Sequence record: SRR2962707_3097
DNA length: 64,000 bases
Direction: 5' to 3' (one strand)
The notes beneath the pieces are model-generated. The model did not search any database, was not told where the DNA came from, and worked only from the letters and a program-made list of their open reading frames with translations. This document shows, piece by piece, positions 38,653 to 48,212 of this stretch (the first letter of the stretch is position 1; each line of letters starts with the position of its first letter). Made by a program: the position numbers and the translations under genes.

Positions 38653-39537
38653 TTAATGTTTGTTTTCTATGGCCATGAGCGCCGCTTCCAAATTTTTGTA
38701 ATCAAACAGAAAGCCTTGTTCTATCAGACGCTTAGGGTACGCTTTGACGCCATGAGTCAGCAGCGAGCTCATTTCTCCAAATAACAGGCGCAAGAGCATG
38801 TTCGGCGTGGTGAAAACAGCAGGGCGCTTGAGTACGTGGGCATAGCACTTAGCAAATTCTTTTTGCGCAACACAGTCGGGGGCGGTGAGGTTATAAATGC
38901 CATCGAAGCGTGGATCTAGCATGGCGCTTACAATCCCTTTTAATACATCTTGAAGGTGTACCCAGGAAAATCCGTGATTACCTCGACCTATTTTTCCTCC
39001 CAGTCCGCATAAATAGGCCGGTCTCATTTTGCTTAAAGCGCCGCCATTCTTGCCAAGGATAACGCCAAGACGAAACACCACGGTTCTTGCTCCTAACTCG
39101 GAAAACTCGAAGGCCGCCGCTTCCCATTTGTCACACAGTTCATGGGCAAAGCCTTTGTCAGGCTCACTGAATTCATCCACTTCAGCATTGGAATGGCTGC
39201 CGTAATAACCAATGGCCGACATAGAAATAACAGTATGGGGCGTTTTCACCAGTTGCTCTTTGACGCTTCTCGTTAAGGTGACACGGCTTTCATAGAGGCT
39301 TTTCTTGCGTTTTTCTGACCAAGGTTTGTCAGCGATGCCTTCCCCTGCAAGGTTGATAAACACGTCCATTTGCTGATCAAGCTCGTGCAATGTCTCTAAC
39401 GTGTATTGTGTGATACTAGGTGCCAATCTGATATCGACATGTCTGACTAAGGCAAACAGCTGATGGCCTGACGATTGCAGTAACGCTGTCAGAGCTGTGC
39501 CAACAAAACCCGTTGCACCGGAAATAAGAATTTTCAT
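38653..39537 (-). CDS. TIGR01777/YfcH family NAD-dependent epimerase-like oxidoreductase
   Basis: ISGATGFVG, INLAGEGI, SAIGYYG, LCDKWE, FSWVHLQD. Confidence 0.92.
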   Translation of the reverse strand: MKILISGATGFVGTALTALLQSSGHQLFALVRHVDIRLAPSITQYTLETLHELDQQMDVFINLAGEGIADKPWSEKRKKSLYESRVTLTRSVKEQLVKTPHTVISMSAIGYYGSHSNAEVDEFSEPDKGFAHELCDKWEAAAFEFSELGARTVVFRLGVILGKNGGALSKMRPAYLCGLGGKIGRGNHGFSWVHLQDVLKGIVSAMLDPRFDGIYNLTAPDCVAQKEFAKCYAHVLKRPAVFTTPNMLLRLLFGEMSSLLTHGVKAYPKRLIEQGFLFDYKNLEAALMAIENKH

Positions 39538-39732
39538 CTAAGCGCCTATTGTTTGAGAGTTAACCAACTGGATACGAAAAAAATATGAAATAGGATCAAT
39601 CACTTCTGAATTTTAGCCAAATGTTAGGATTTAACCGGAATATTTAAAAGCCTGGTAAGCTTTTTCTTTTAACGCCTTCTTTTTCTAAGGTAGGATGGCT
39701 AAAATGGGGAAGCTGAAACATTAGGTATCAAA

Positions 39733-40113
39733 ATGCTACACAATGAATACGATCACATCATACTTCTTGCTCACGGCAGTCCAGACCCATTATGGAAGAA
39801 GCCGTTTGAAGCCTTGTATGAACAAGCTGTTGAATTTTACGGCACAGAACATTCCAGCTTAGCTTTTATGGAATTAACCACACCGACGTTAGAAGACGTG
39901 GTGGGGCAGCTAGACGAGAAAATTAAGACAGTCGCTGTTTTGCCTTTGTTTTTTGCTGTAGGTCGTCATTTACGTCACGACGTTCCCGCGCAGATCGCCG
40001 CCCTGCAAACTGAGCAGTTACGCATTGATCTGTTGCCACCGATCGGCGACGATGAACTGGTTAAGCAGGCCATGTATACCGTCATTGCGCGCCATTTAGG
40101 ACGAGAAGAATAA
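39733..40113 (+). CDS. Small CbiX/SirB-type sirohydrochlorin chelatase
   Basis: AHGSPD, AFMEL, PLFFAVGRHLRHD, LPPIG. Confidence 0.88.
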   Translation: MLHNEYDHIILLAHGSPDPLWKKPFEALYEQAVEFYGTEHSSLAFMELTTPTLEDVVGQLDEKIKTVAVLPLFFAVGRHLRHDVPAQIAALQTEQLRIDLLPPIGDDELVKQAMYTVIARHLGREE

Positions 40114-40146
40114 TGTCATTTTTATTGCTGATCTCTGGAGCACGGA

Positions 40147-41538
40147 ATGCTGTTTAAACATTTACCTGACGAAATATTTCAGGCGCTGTCCGGCTCCAAT
40201 CGCGCCTTGATAGAGGCTGTGTTATACGATCTTGCGGATGTGTTTTACGATCATGCGGAAGACCCGATAAAAGAAAAGTCGGCCATCATTGAGTCGATTG
40301 AAGACACCTTGCACAAGCTCGAAACGCTGGCTTGGCATGATGATCAAAAAGAGCCCTTTGAGTCCCCCAAAACGATCCATGATTATGCCCTTCGGATTTA
40401 CCATCGTTTGGTGAACACCGGTTGGCTGGTTGAAGAACAAGAGCTTTACCGGATTAGCGTGCTAATGACACCGCAAATATCCATGTTACTGCGCTCTCTT
40501 GTGGAAATCAGTCGTCACGGAAAGCGCAATTATGGCGCCACCGTTCTGAGCATTTTAAGCAACCTTGAATCCGTAGCGAAATACCCTAAAGAGCGCGGTG
40601 TGACCTTGAGCCAATCCGCTGAAGCGTCTCGCGATTTTTCGGCGCATCTGAATCAGATTTTACTCGGTATTAGAAGTTTGCAGCGTGAGTTGTTTTCTAG
40701 TCGTGACCCGAAGGCGATTGTGGCAGGCTTTTTTGACTTGTTTGTCGAAGGGATTTTGATTGCTGACTACAAAACCATCAAAACCAGCAACAACCCATTT
40801 CGTTTTCGTCGCCAGATTCTAGAGCTTGCGCAGGAATTTCTTGCGAATCCAGATTTATTGCAAGACGTTTCCCAGTGTTATGTTGATCAACAACTGATCA
40901 GTCATAAAGCGGCGCAAGTGATGGTCGAGAAAGACTGTCGTGACATCATCCAGACCTTTAGTAACATAGAGCAGCGCCTTGATCGTATCGATGAATATCG
41001 CTATCGATTAGAGAAACGAGCCGCAGACACCGCCAGATACATGGACAGCTCGCGCCCAGGTATGGCGAATAAAATTGCCGGCATTATTACCGATGCCGCG
41101 AAGTTTGAGCATCTGCCCATAATGAAAAATGTGGTGGGTTCAAAGTTCGTGGGCATGGAATCCGCGGCTCAGCCAATGCGTCGCCGTGAGCCACCGCCAC
41201 CAAGGGTAATGACCCCGGCAGAAGTGTCTGCCAATGCCATTCAGGTAAGAGATCAACAACGCCGTTTCCATGAAATGCGACAAGTGACAGTAGCCAAGCT
41301 GCAATCGTATTTGGAGCGTCAAATGGAAGATCAACCAAACAAGCATATTTTGGACTTTTCCATTGAGTCGGTTGAAGATTTTGTGTGTTTTGACCACTTA
41401 CGCTACGTTGGCTCCTTGGGCGTTACCGCGAAGAAAATTGAAAAAGCATTTGAAGTCCAATTTACTGAACAGTTTTTAGATGTGCATGATTTTGTTGAAT
41501 GTAGAGAATTTAATGTGGTCCGTAGGAGCGAAGCGTAA
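40147..41538 (+). CDS. jetA: Wadjet JetA / MksF-like kleisin subunit
   Basis: MLFKHLPDEIFQALSGSNR, LVNTGWL, DYKTIKTSNNPFRFR; first gene of the canonical A-B-C order before an SMC ATPase. Confidence 0.75.
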   Translation: MLFKHLPDEIFQALSGSNRALIEAVLYDLADVFYDHAEDPIKEKSAIIESIEDTLHKLETLAWHDDQKEPFESPKTIHDYALRIYHRLVNTGWLVEEQELYRISVLMTPQISMLLRSLVEISRHGKRNYGATVLSILSNLESVAKYPKERGVTLSQSAEASRDFSAHLNQILLGIRSLQRELFSSRDPKAIVAGFFDLFVEGILIADYKTIKTSNNPFRFRRQILELAQEFLANPDLLQDVSQCYVDQQLISHKAAQVMVEKDCRDIIQTFSNIEQRLDRIDEYRYRLEKRAADTARYMDSSRPGMANKIAGIITDAAKFEHLPIMKNVVGSKFVGMESAAQPMRRREPPPPRVMTPAEVSANAIQVRDQQRRFHEMRQVTVAKLQSYLERQMEDQPNKHILDFSIESVEDFVCFDHLRYVGSLGVTAKKIEKAFEVQFTEQFLDVHDFVECREFNVVRRSEA

Positions 41539-42176
41539 TGCTTAGAGAATTAAAGAAAGTCGTCGAAGAGTCAGGGAAAGACGCTCAAGAGTTTCAGCAA
41601 ACGGCGAACTTCGTTCTTGCGAACCAATTTGCCAGTGCGTACAAGCATGGCCAGCGTAAACATTACTTATTGATAGAAGCTTACCAAGACTATTTTAGCA
41701 AACTGTTTGATGCGCTAGGAATGAAGCTTTACATCAATGAAAACGAACGATTAGCGGGCGTTCTGCCGGTACAACGCGAAGCGTTCGTGCGTTTAAAAAC
41801 CGATGAAACCTTGTTCTTGTTGGTCTTGCGTCAAATCTACGAAGAAAAAATTGAAAACTTTGAAGTCGATAACGGCTTTGTGGCGACCAATACACACACG
41901 ATTCTCGAACGTTATGTACAACTGGTAAAACGAGAAATTCCAACCGAAACACGGTTTAAAGACATTCTTTCGTTGTTGAGTCGTCACGGCGTCATTATTC
42001 GTGGTAAATCCTACGAAGAAGACAGCAAGAACTTCATCATTAACATTACCCCTGTGGTTCGCCTGATTGTGACAGAAGCCTATTTGAGGCAGCTAGAGTC
42101 TTTTAATGGCGCAGACCCAGACGAAGATGACCTTGATGAAGAAGAACAAACCTCACCAGCAGAAAGCCAGGAATAA
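41538..42176 (+). CDS. jetB: Wadjet JetB / MksE-like (DUF4194) KITE subunit
   Basis: 212 aa, RLKTDETLFLLVLRQIYEE, acidic tail; TAATG coupling to jetA. Confidence 0.8.
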   Translation: MLRELKKVVEESGKDAQEFQQTANFVLANQFASAYKHGQRKHYLLIEAYQDYFSKLFDALGMKLYINENERLAGVLPVQREAFVRLKTDETLFLLVLRQIYEEKIENFEVDNGFVATNTHTILERYVQLVKREIPTETRFKDILSLLSRHGVIIRGKSYEEDSKNFIINITPVVRLIVTEAYLRQLESFNGADPDEDDLDEEEQTSPAESQE

Positions 42177-42187
42177 AGGGCCAAGAC

Positions 42188-45100
42188 ATGAAAAAGTTAA
42201 ATCGAATTGTATTGGTTAACTGGTACCTACTAGGGGCAGAAGAAATCAATATCCGCGGTAATACCGCCATTATCGGACCTACTGGGTCTGGTAAGTCCTC
42301 CTTGTTGGATGCCATTCAAACGGTATTGACCGGGGCCAGTAAGCGTCACCTTAATTACAACGCCAGTGCCAACGATGGTAAAGCCAGCGGTCGTAGTATC
42401 CGCTCATACATTTTGGGCATGATAGACGCAGGGCAAGTCAATAATAAGTCCAGTGGCACTCAGCCAAGACAAGACGCAATCAGTTACCTTGGTCTCGTCT
42501 TTGAAGACAGTGTAACCGGCAAGGAATCTACGGTCGGACTCTGCTTAAGTGCGTCTTTAGCATCGCCAGAAGAAGACATTTTAGGCCGCTTTGTATTGCC
42601 TAATTATGGTGTGCGACGTGACGATTTTATCGATGCAATGGAAGGCAAAAGCTACAAAGCCAAGCCTTGGATCGAAGTTCGCGAGGCGATGAAAAAGATT
42701 TGTTTCGACCCTTACATCAAGTCTGGCAGTGCGTCTGCAACCCAATATATTAATCGCTACCTAGAAGAATTAAGCCCAAGTGCGGATCATTTGATCACCT
42801 TAGATGGCTTTTTGAAGAACTTTAAAAATGCGCTGAAATTTGTGCCTATTGCCTCACCGACTCGTTTTGTTCAAGACTTCGTTCTTGCCGAAGCGCCATT
42901 GCAAGTAGGGGCGTATCAAAAATCGCTGCACGAATATCGTCAACTAGAGAGCAAAACGCTTGAGGTGGCAAAGCGAATCGACGACCTTAAGCTGATTCAG
43001 CAAGATTGTGAGAAAAAGCTGCAACAAGAGCAATCTGCGGTGAATTACCATTGGATAGCAACGGAAGCACGTTTTGATGAGCTTGGCACTAAGCAAGACG
43101 ATATCCAAGATCAATACGAGTTACACAAAGAGCGTGAAGAAGAAATAGACGAACAATTGACCACACAAAGCAGCTTGTTAAAGCAACTGCAAGGTCAACT
43201 TATTCGTCTGGAGCAGCAATATGAGCATTCCGATGTTGGCTTAAAGCTTCAGCAATTAGAGCAGAACAAAAAATTCTTAACGCTGCAGAGTCAGCAAGAT
43301 CAAAAAGCCATCATTCAAGCGCACCAGATGACACTCTTGTTGTCGTCTCTTAAAGGCTTTGCTGATTTTCTTTCTGCTGAAACCAATGCCATTGTCTCAG
43401 AAATGGAGAAGCACAGCGGCTTGATCAGCGCTGAGGGTAAGATCGAAGGCAACCTAAAGCCTCTCACGCAAATTCTGAGCACGCTCAATAAGACGTTGGA
43501 CACCGAAAAGTCTCTTGTCTTTAGACAACGTTCAGAGTTGAACCGCACCATCTTGAATTTGAAAGATGAGTGTAAGCAATTAGAGTCTGACGTGTCTTCC
43601 TTGAAAGGAGGGGTTAGCCCACTTTCTCAAAACACTCGTCGCTTGATCAGCTTATTAAATGACGCCAACATCACAGCCACACCGTTAAGTCACTTAGCCG
43701 AAGTCACCGACCGCAAATGGCAAGACGCGATCGAAGGGTATTTAGGCGCTCAGCGTGAAGCCTTGATTGTTGAACCAGATGATGCGGAAGAGGCGATTCG
43801 AATTTTCCGTGCACACCGTCGCCAATTGATGGGTTGTCGAGTCATTGATACCACGCAAACTCGATTGTGGTTAAACCGCGGCAATCATAAATCTGCGCTT
43901 AAATTTATTCGCTGCAATAACGACCACGCACAAGCGTATCTGAATCGTCGATTGGGCGGTATTTTGCCGGTCGAAACAGAGCGTGAGCTATTGCGCGAAG
44001 ACAGCGCAATGACCGCTGACGGCATGTTGAAATTGTCTGGGACCATTTCGACGATCCGTTTTACCTCGCACATGATGGTTGGTATTAATACCGAAGGCAT
44101 GCGTGAGTCTCGCGAGCAGCAGCTTGCAACGCTAAGCGGCGAACTCATGGCCCACTTAAAAGTCGACCAGCGCTTAGAGCAAGCGGATAACTTGTTAGGC
44201 CGAGTGATAGCAAACAATCAATTTGACGTTGAGTCATTAAACAGCGCCAGCCACACAGTGACTCGCATTGCTCAAGAGTTGAGTCATGTGGAAGCAGAAA
44301 TTGCCCAGCTACAACAGCACGATGATAAGGACCTTCAAGAAAAGATCGAAGGTCTAAAAGCGCGCATTTCAACGGTTGAGCTGGATCAGAAAAAATTGGA
44401 CCGTGAACGTCAGCAAATTGCTGAGCAATACGGCGCCTTGAACACTCAGAAAAACCAGCTAAGTTCCGCGCTGGCCGCCCTTGACGAAGAACGTAGTCGT
44501 CTAACGTCGAGTCCTTTGTACAATGCCGAGTTCGCCAGTGAGCGTTACGCCTTGTTGGAAAGCAGCATGGTGAATGGTGCCGCTATTTACAAAGAAGCGA
44601 TTAGCCGAGCCGAAAAAGCCGAAGATAAGGTGCGTAACTTCGATCAAAAAGTGCGTAAGGAAGTGGCGGATCACTATGCTAAATACCATCAAGCCAATAT
44701 AGACAATGATATTCAGTTGGACTATTTAGAGTCTAAATTTGAAGAGTTCCAGCATTATGTGTCTTATCAAATTGATGTGTTAAGTGAAACAGAGTTGGCT
44801 AAATACGCGAAACGAGCGGAATTGGCGCGTCGTGAGGCGGAAGAGACCTTCCGTTCAGATTACGTTTCCAAACTGAAAGATTCCCTCGATCAAGTGGCGC
44901 ACATTATTCGTGAGCTTAATCACAGCCTTAAACGCCGCCCCTTTAACCAAGAAACCTATCAGTTCCGTTATTACCCAAATGGTGACATGAAGGACATTTT
45001 GGATTTGGTTGAGCGCTTTAGTGCACAAGACCAAGCGAACGTTGGTGGGTTGTTTGACCCAGAAGCGACTGGCGACCCAGAACACATTCGCGCCATTACC

Positions 45101-45604
45101 GCCATCCAAGAATTGATTACTGATGACGAGAAACAACAAGACCTTGCGGATTACCGTAAGTTTTATAATTTCGAAGTCGACATTCTGGATGAAGAAGGCA
45201 ATAAGAAAACCACCTTAAGTCAGCGTATCCAAACAGGGTCCGGTGGTGAGCACCAAATTCCTTTCTACCTTGCTATTGCGGCGGCACTGTCTACGACTTA
45301 TCGCCTGCGAGAAACCCCAGAAGGCGATATCGTCGGTGGCTTCTCATTGGCGATGTTCGATGAAGCCTTTAACAAAATCGATATGGTCAAAACGTCGACT
45401 TGTATGGGCTTTATGAAAGACATTGGCTTGCAGGTTATTGCGGCGGCACCTGACGACAAACGTGCTGTTATGGCCGCCAATATGGACACGGTTATCAGTG
45501 TATGGCGTGAAGGTGGTGCTGTTTCAATTGATGTTGCTTACCCTAAAGAGAAAGGCAAGACCTTATTGAACGGCAACTCTGAGGCTGAACTAAGCCCGGT
45601 ATAA
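42188..45604 (+). CDS. jetC: Wadjet JetC / MksB SMC-family ATPase
   Basis: LNRIVLVNW, Walker A GPTGSGKS, long coiled coils around a central globular region, signature GSGGE, Walker B AMFDEAF. Confidence 0.9.
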   Translation: MKKLNRIVLVNWYLLGAEEINIRGNTAIIGPTGSGKSSLLDAIQTVLTGASKRHLNYNASANDGKASGRSIRSYILGMIDAGQVNNKSSGTQPRQDAISYLGLVFEDSVTGKESTVGLCLSASLASPEEDILGRFVLPNYGVRRDDFIDAMEGKSYKAKPWIEVREAMKKICFDPYIKSGSASATQYINRYLEELSPSADHLITLDGFLKNFKNALKFVPIASPTRFVQDFVLAEAPLQVGAYQKSLHEYRQLESKTLEVAKRIDDLKLIQQDCEKKLQQEQSAVNYHWIATEARFDELGTKQDDIQDQYELHKEREEEIDEQLTTQSSLLKQLQGQLIRLEQQYEHSDVGLKLQQLEQNKKFLTLQSQQDQKAIIQAHQMTLLLSSLKGFADFLSAETNAIVSEMEKHSGLISAEGKIEGNLKPLTQILSTLNKTLDTEKSLVFRQRSELNRTILNLKDECKQLESDVSSLKGGVSPLSQNTRRLISLLNDANITATPLSHLAEVTDRKWQDAIEGYLGAQREALIVEPDDAEEAIRIFRAHRRQLMGCRVIDTTQTRLWLNRGNHKSALKFIRCNNDHAQAYLNRRLGGILPVETERELLREDSAMTADGMLKLSGTISTIRFTSHMMVGINTEGMRESREQQLATLSGELMAHLKVDQRLEQADNLLGRVIANNQFDVESLNSASHTVTRIAQELSHVEAEIAQLQQHDDKDLQEKIEGLKARISTVELDQKKLDRERQQIAEQYGALNTQKNQLSSALAALDEERSRLTSSPLYNAEFASERYALLESSMVNGAAIYKEAISRAEKAEDKVRNFDQKVRKEVADHYAKYHQANIDNDIQLDYLESKFEEFQHYVSYQIDVLSETELAKYAKRAELARREAEETFRSDYVSKLKDSLDQVAHIIRELNHSLKRRPFNQETYQFRYYPNGDMKDILDLVERFSAQDQANVGGLFDPEATGDPEHIRAITAIQELITDDEKQQDLADYRKFYNFEVDILDEEGNKKTTLSQRIQTGSGGEHQIPFYLAIAAALSTTYRLRETPEGDIVGGFSLAMFDEAFNKIDMVKTSTCMGFMKDIGLQVIAAAPDDKRAVMAANMDTVISVWREGGAVSIDVAYPKEKGKTLLNGNSEAELSPV

Positions 45605-45614
45605 CGAGATAAGT

Positions 45615-45926
45615 ATGAAAATTCAAAATGAAATAGAAGAGGCGATTCGTGCTGCATTCGGCATCGAATTCCTCTCTCTTGAAAACGAAAGTTACATGCA
45701 CAACGTACCAGCGGGAAGTGAATCTCACTTCAAGCTGGTATTGGCCAGTGATGCCTTTTTAGGCAAAAGACTGGTGCAGCGCCATCAGCTGGTATATGGT
45801 GTTTTAACAGAACAAATGCCAAAAATACATGCGTTAGCGCTTCATTTATACACAGTAGATGAATGGCTAGAGCGCGAAAAAACAGCGCCTTTTTCACCCA
45901 AATGCCATGGAGGCGAGCGCGAGTGA
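45615..45926 (+). CDS. bolA: BolA family protein
   Basis: NESYMHNVPAGSESHFK, RHQLVY, IHALALH, SPKCHGG. Confidence 0.95.
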   Translation: MKIQNEIEEAIRAAFGIEFLSLENESYMHNVPAGSESHFKLVLASDAFLGKRLVQRHQLVYGVLTEQMPKIHALALHLYTVDEWLEREKTAPFSPKCHGGERE

Positions 45927-45954
45927 TGTTTTTTTATAGCGGCTCGATAAAAAT

Positions 45955-46257
45955 ATGAGTATTTCAGTTACGGTCAACAAGGCAAGCAATGCCATTGAAC
46001 TATCAATACTAGGTAGCTTCGACTTTTCGTTGTTTCACGATTTTCGAGAAGCCTATTCAGGGTTCATTGGTGAACAGCACCACTTTATTGTGGATCTTAG
46101 CCAGGTAGAGTACTTAGACAGCGCTGCGCTTGGGATGCTGTTGAGTATGAAAAACGCATTAGGAGAAGGTGCGACTATTGAGCTAAAAGGTGCGAATGAT
46201 TTTATTAAAAATATTTTGATGATTTCACGCTTTGATAAACGCTTTGAGATACGGTAA
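45955..46257 (+). CDS. STAS-domain anti-sigma-factor antagonist (HsbA-like)
   Basis: FDFSLFHDFREAY, VDLSQVEYLDSAALGMLL with the conserved phospho-Ser. Confidence 0.9.
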   Translation: MSISVTVNKASNAIELSILGSFDFSLFHDFREAYSGFIGEQHHFIVDLSQVEYLDSAALGMLLSMKNALGEGATIELKGANDFIKNILMISRFDKRFEIR

Positions 46258-46269
46258 ATAACGGATTAT

Positions 46270-47412
46270 ATGAAACTTTTATGCGTAGATAGCGAACCTG
46301 TTTATCAAGAAATTGTTTCTATATGTGCTCAAAAAGAGGACATGGAGGTCATCACGGCCTCCTCGTATGATGAAGCGATTAAATCCTATGAAGTGCACAA
46401 GCCGGATATTGTGACTCTAGAGGTTGTTCTTCAGGGGGGAAGCGGACAAGAGCTTGCCAAGAGATTGAAAGCGCTCGACCCAGAACGCTTTGTGCCCATT
46501 ATTTTTCTTACCTCTCATATTTCTGATGCTGTGATGAACGCGTGCTTTAAAGCAGGGGCTGACGACTTTATTCCTAAGCCCTTTAATGAAATGCTTTTTA
46601 GCACTCGCATTAGCACCCACAAAAGACAGATCCATTTGATACAAGAAATGTATCGAAAAAATCGCGAGCTTACTTTTTATCAAGCGATGATTGAGCGCGA
46701 GCATAAGATGGCTCATCAGGTGTTGGATCACATTTTGACGCGCAGTGAGCGACCCAGTCAAAAATTGGCCATTACGCGCCTATCCGCCACCAATTTTAAC
46801 GGTGATTTAGCCTTAGCCTGTACGCGATCAGACGGCGCGAGAGTTGTGTTTGTTGGGGATTTTACCGGTCACGGTTTGTCTGCTTCTATTGGCGCATTGC
46901 CGGTTGCGCAAGCGTTTTTTGACGGTGTTGACCACCATGTTGGTCTGGCGGATCTTGCTATTCAGCTGAACAGAATTCTGTTAAATATTTTGCCGGATTA
47001 CATGTTTTGCGCCGCCTATATTATTTTAATAAGACCGTCTGGAGTGATTGAATATTGGGGAGGGGGTATGCCTAATGGTTATATTCGCCGCGCTGATAAT
47101 TCTGTCGACTACATAGCGTCTTCTCACATGCCTTTAGGGATTCTTGGTGTCAATGAATTTGAAACGAGCATAGAAATCGCTCATATCGATGAATTGGATA
47201 CCTTGGTGATCGCTTCTGATGGCATTGTTGAGTTAAAAAACGCCGATCATGAGATGTTAGGCTTAAACGCCATGGAGGCTTTGGTGGTATCGTCTTATGC
47301 GGATCAAGATTTGGCGAAAGCACAGGAAACCATGGAGGCGCATTTGGCAGCCTTTCAAGGGAAATCTGAACAGCTTGATGACATTACCTTGGTCGCCATT
47401 CGAAAGGTATAA
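46270..47412 (+). CDS. Receiver-like domain + PP2C/SpoIIE serine phosphatase
   Basis: REC fold (GADDFIPKPF) plus GDFTGHG, SDGIVE, DDIT. Confidence 0.9.
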   Translation: MKLLCVDSEPVYQEIVSICAQKEDMEVITASSYDEAIKSYEVHKPDIVTLEVVLQGGSGQELAKRLKALDPERFVPIIFLTSHISDAVMNACFKAGADDFIPKPFNEMLFSTRISTHKRQIHLIQEMYRKNRELTFYQAMIEREHKMAHQVLDHILTRSERPSQKLAITRLSATNFNGDLALACTRSDGARVVFVGDFTGHGLSASIGALPVAQAFFDGVDHHVGLADLAIQLNRILLNILPDYMFCAAYIILIRPSGVIEYWGGGMPNGYIRRADNSVDYIASSHMPLGILGVNEFETSIEIAHIDELDTLVIASDGIVELKNADHEMLGLNAMEALVVSSYADQDLAKAQETMEAHLAAFQGKSEQLDDITLVAIRKV

Positions 47413-47440
47413 AAAAGCGGCCTTAGATGTGGCCGCTTTT
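47411..47440. terminator. Bidirectional intrinsic terminator
   Basis: AAAAAAGCGGCC-TTAGATGT-GGCCGCTTTT. Confidence 0.85.
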
Positions 47441-47467
47441 AGAGGGTGCTTACCTTATTAGACAGGG

Positions 47468-48118
47468 TTAGCGCTTTTTGTTTTTCTTGTTTTTATTGCC
47501 ATTTTGTTTGTTACCAGCGTGTTTTGATTTTGCCGGCGCGCGCTGTTTTTCTGGCTCTGTTCGTAGGACAAGGAAAAGATCGGTTACTACGTCTGGAATT
47601 TGTTCGATGCAAGATTGTGTGAGTTTTTCGCTCTGACGAATCTGCACAACTTCTTCGTCATCAAAAAGATCTGAAGCGACCATAATCGGCAATAAAAGCT
47701 CAGCAATGACTTCTTCTTTTTCTGACTCAAACCAATGTTGTTCGGTCATGAAAACGCCTTCCATAAAGCCCGTAGCCCATTCTTGCAGCTCACTTAGCTC
47801 TTCGGCGGATGACCCCATTTCAATTTCGCAAGGAATGACGAATTCATCTTCTGATTCAAGCTCTTTCTGGATGTCTAGTGACAAGCGACTAAGCAGTTGC
47901 AGTATCTGTTTCTGTTGCTTTTCTGTTTCGAAGTCCGGAGTGTCTTCAAAAATAACAGGAAGCCACTGTTCTTCAGAAATAGTAAAAGGACAGATTGCTA
48001 ATGCGGTTAAAAAACCGTGCGCCATAACGAAGTTCTGACATTCTTCATGAACCCGATCTGACTCCAAAAACGCTTCTAGTGTGTCTAACTCAAGATCATC
48101 AAGAGGTTGGTGTGCCAT
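47468..48118 (-). CDS. YecA/UPF0149 family protein
   Basis: HGFLTALAICP, WLPVIF, WATGFMEG, LLLPI; no SEC-C motif. Confidence 0.85.
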   Translation of the reverse strand: MAHQPLDDLELDTLEAFLESDRVHEECQNFVMAHGFLTALAICPFTISEEQWLPVIFEDTPDFETEKQQKQILQLLSRLSLDIQKELESEDEFVIPCEIEMGSSAEELSELQEWATGFMEGVFMTEQHWFESEKEEVIAELLLPIMVASDLFDDEEVVQIRQSEKLTQSCIEQIPDVVTDLFLVLRTEPEKQRAPAKSKHAGNKQNGNKNKKNKKR

Positions 48119-48212
48119 TTTACAATTCCTAATACTAAATAAGTCTGCGATTTTAGCGAAAAGGGCGCTAAAAATCGATGCACAATCCCCATGGTTAAGA
48201 GATAATTCACGA

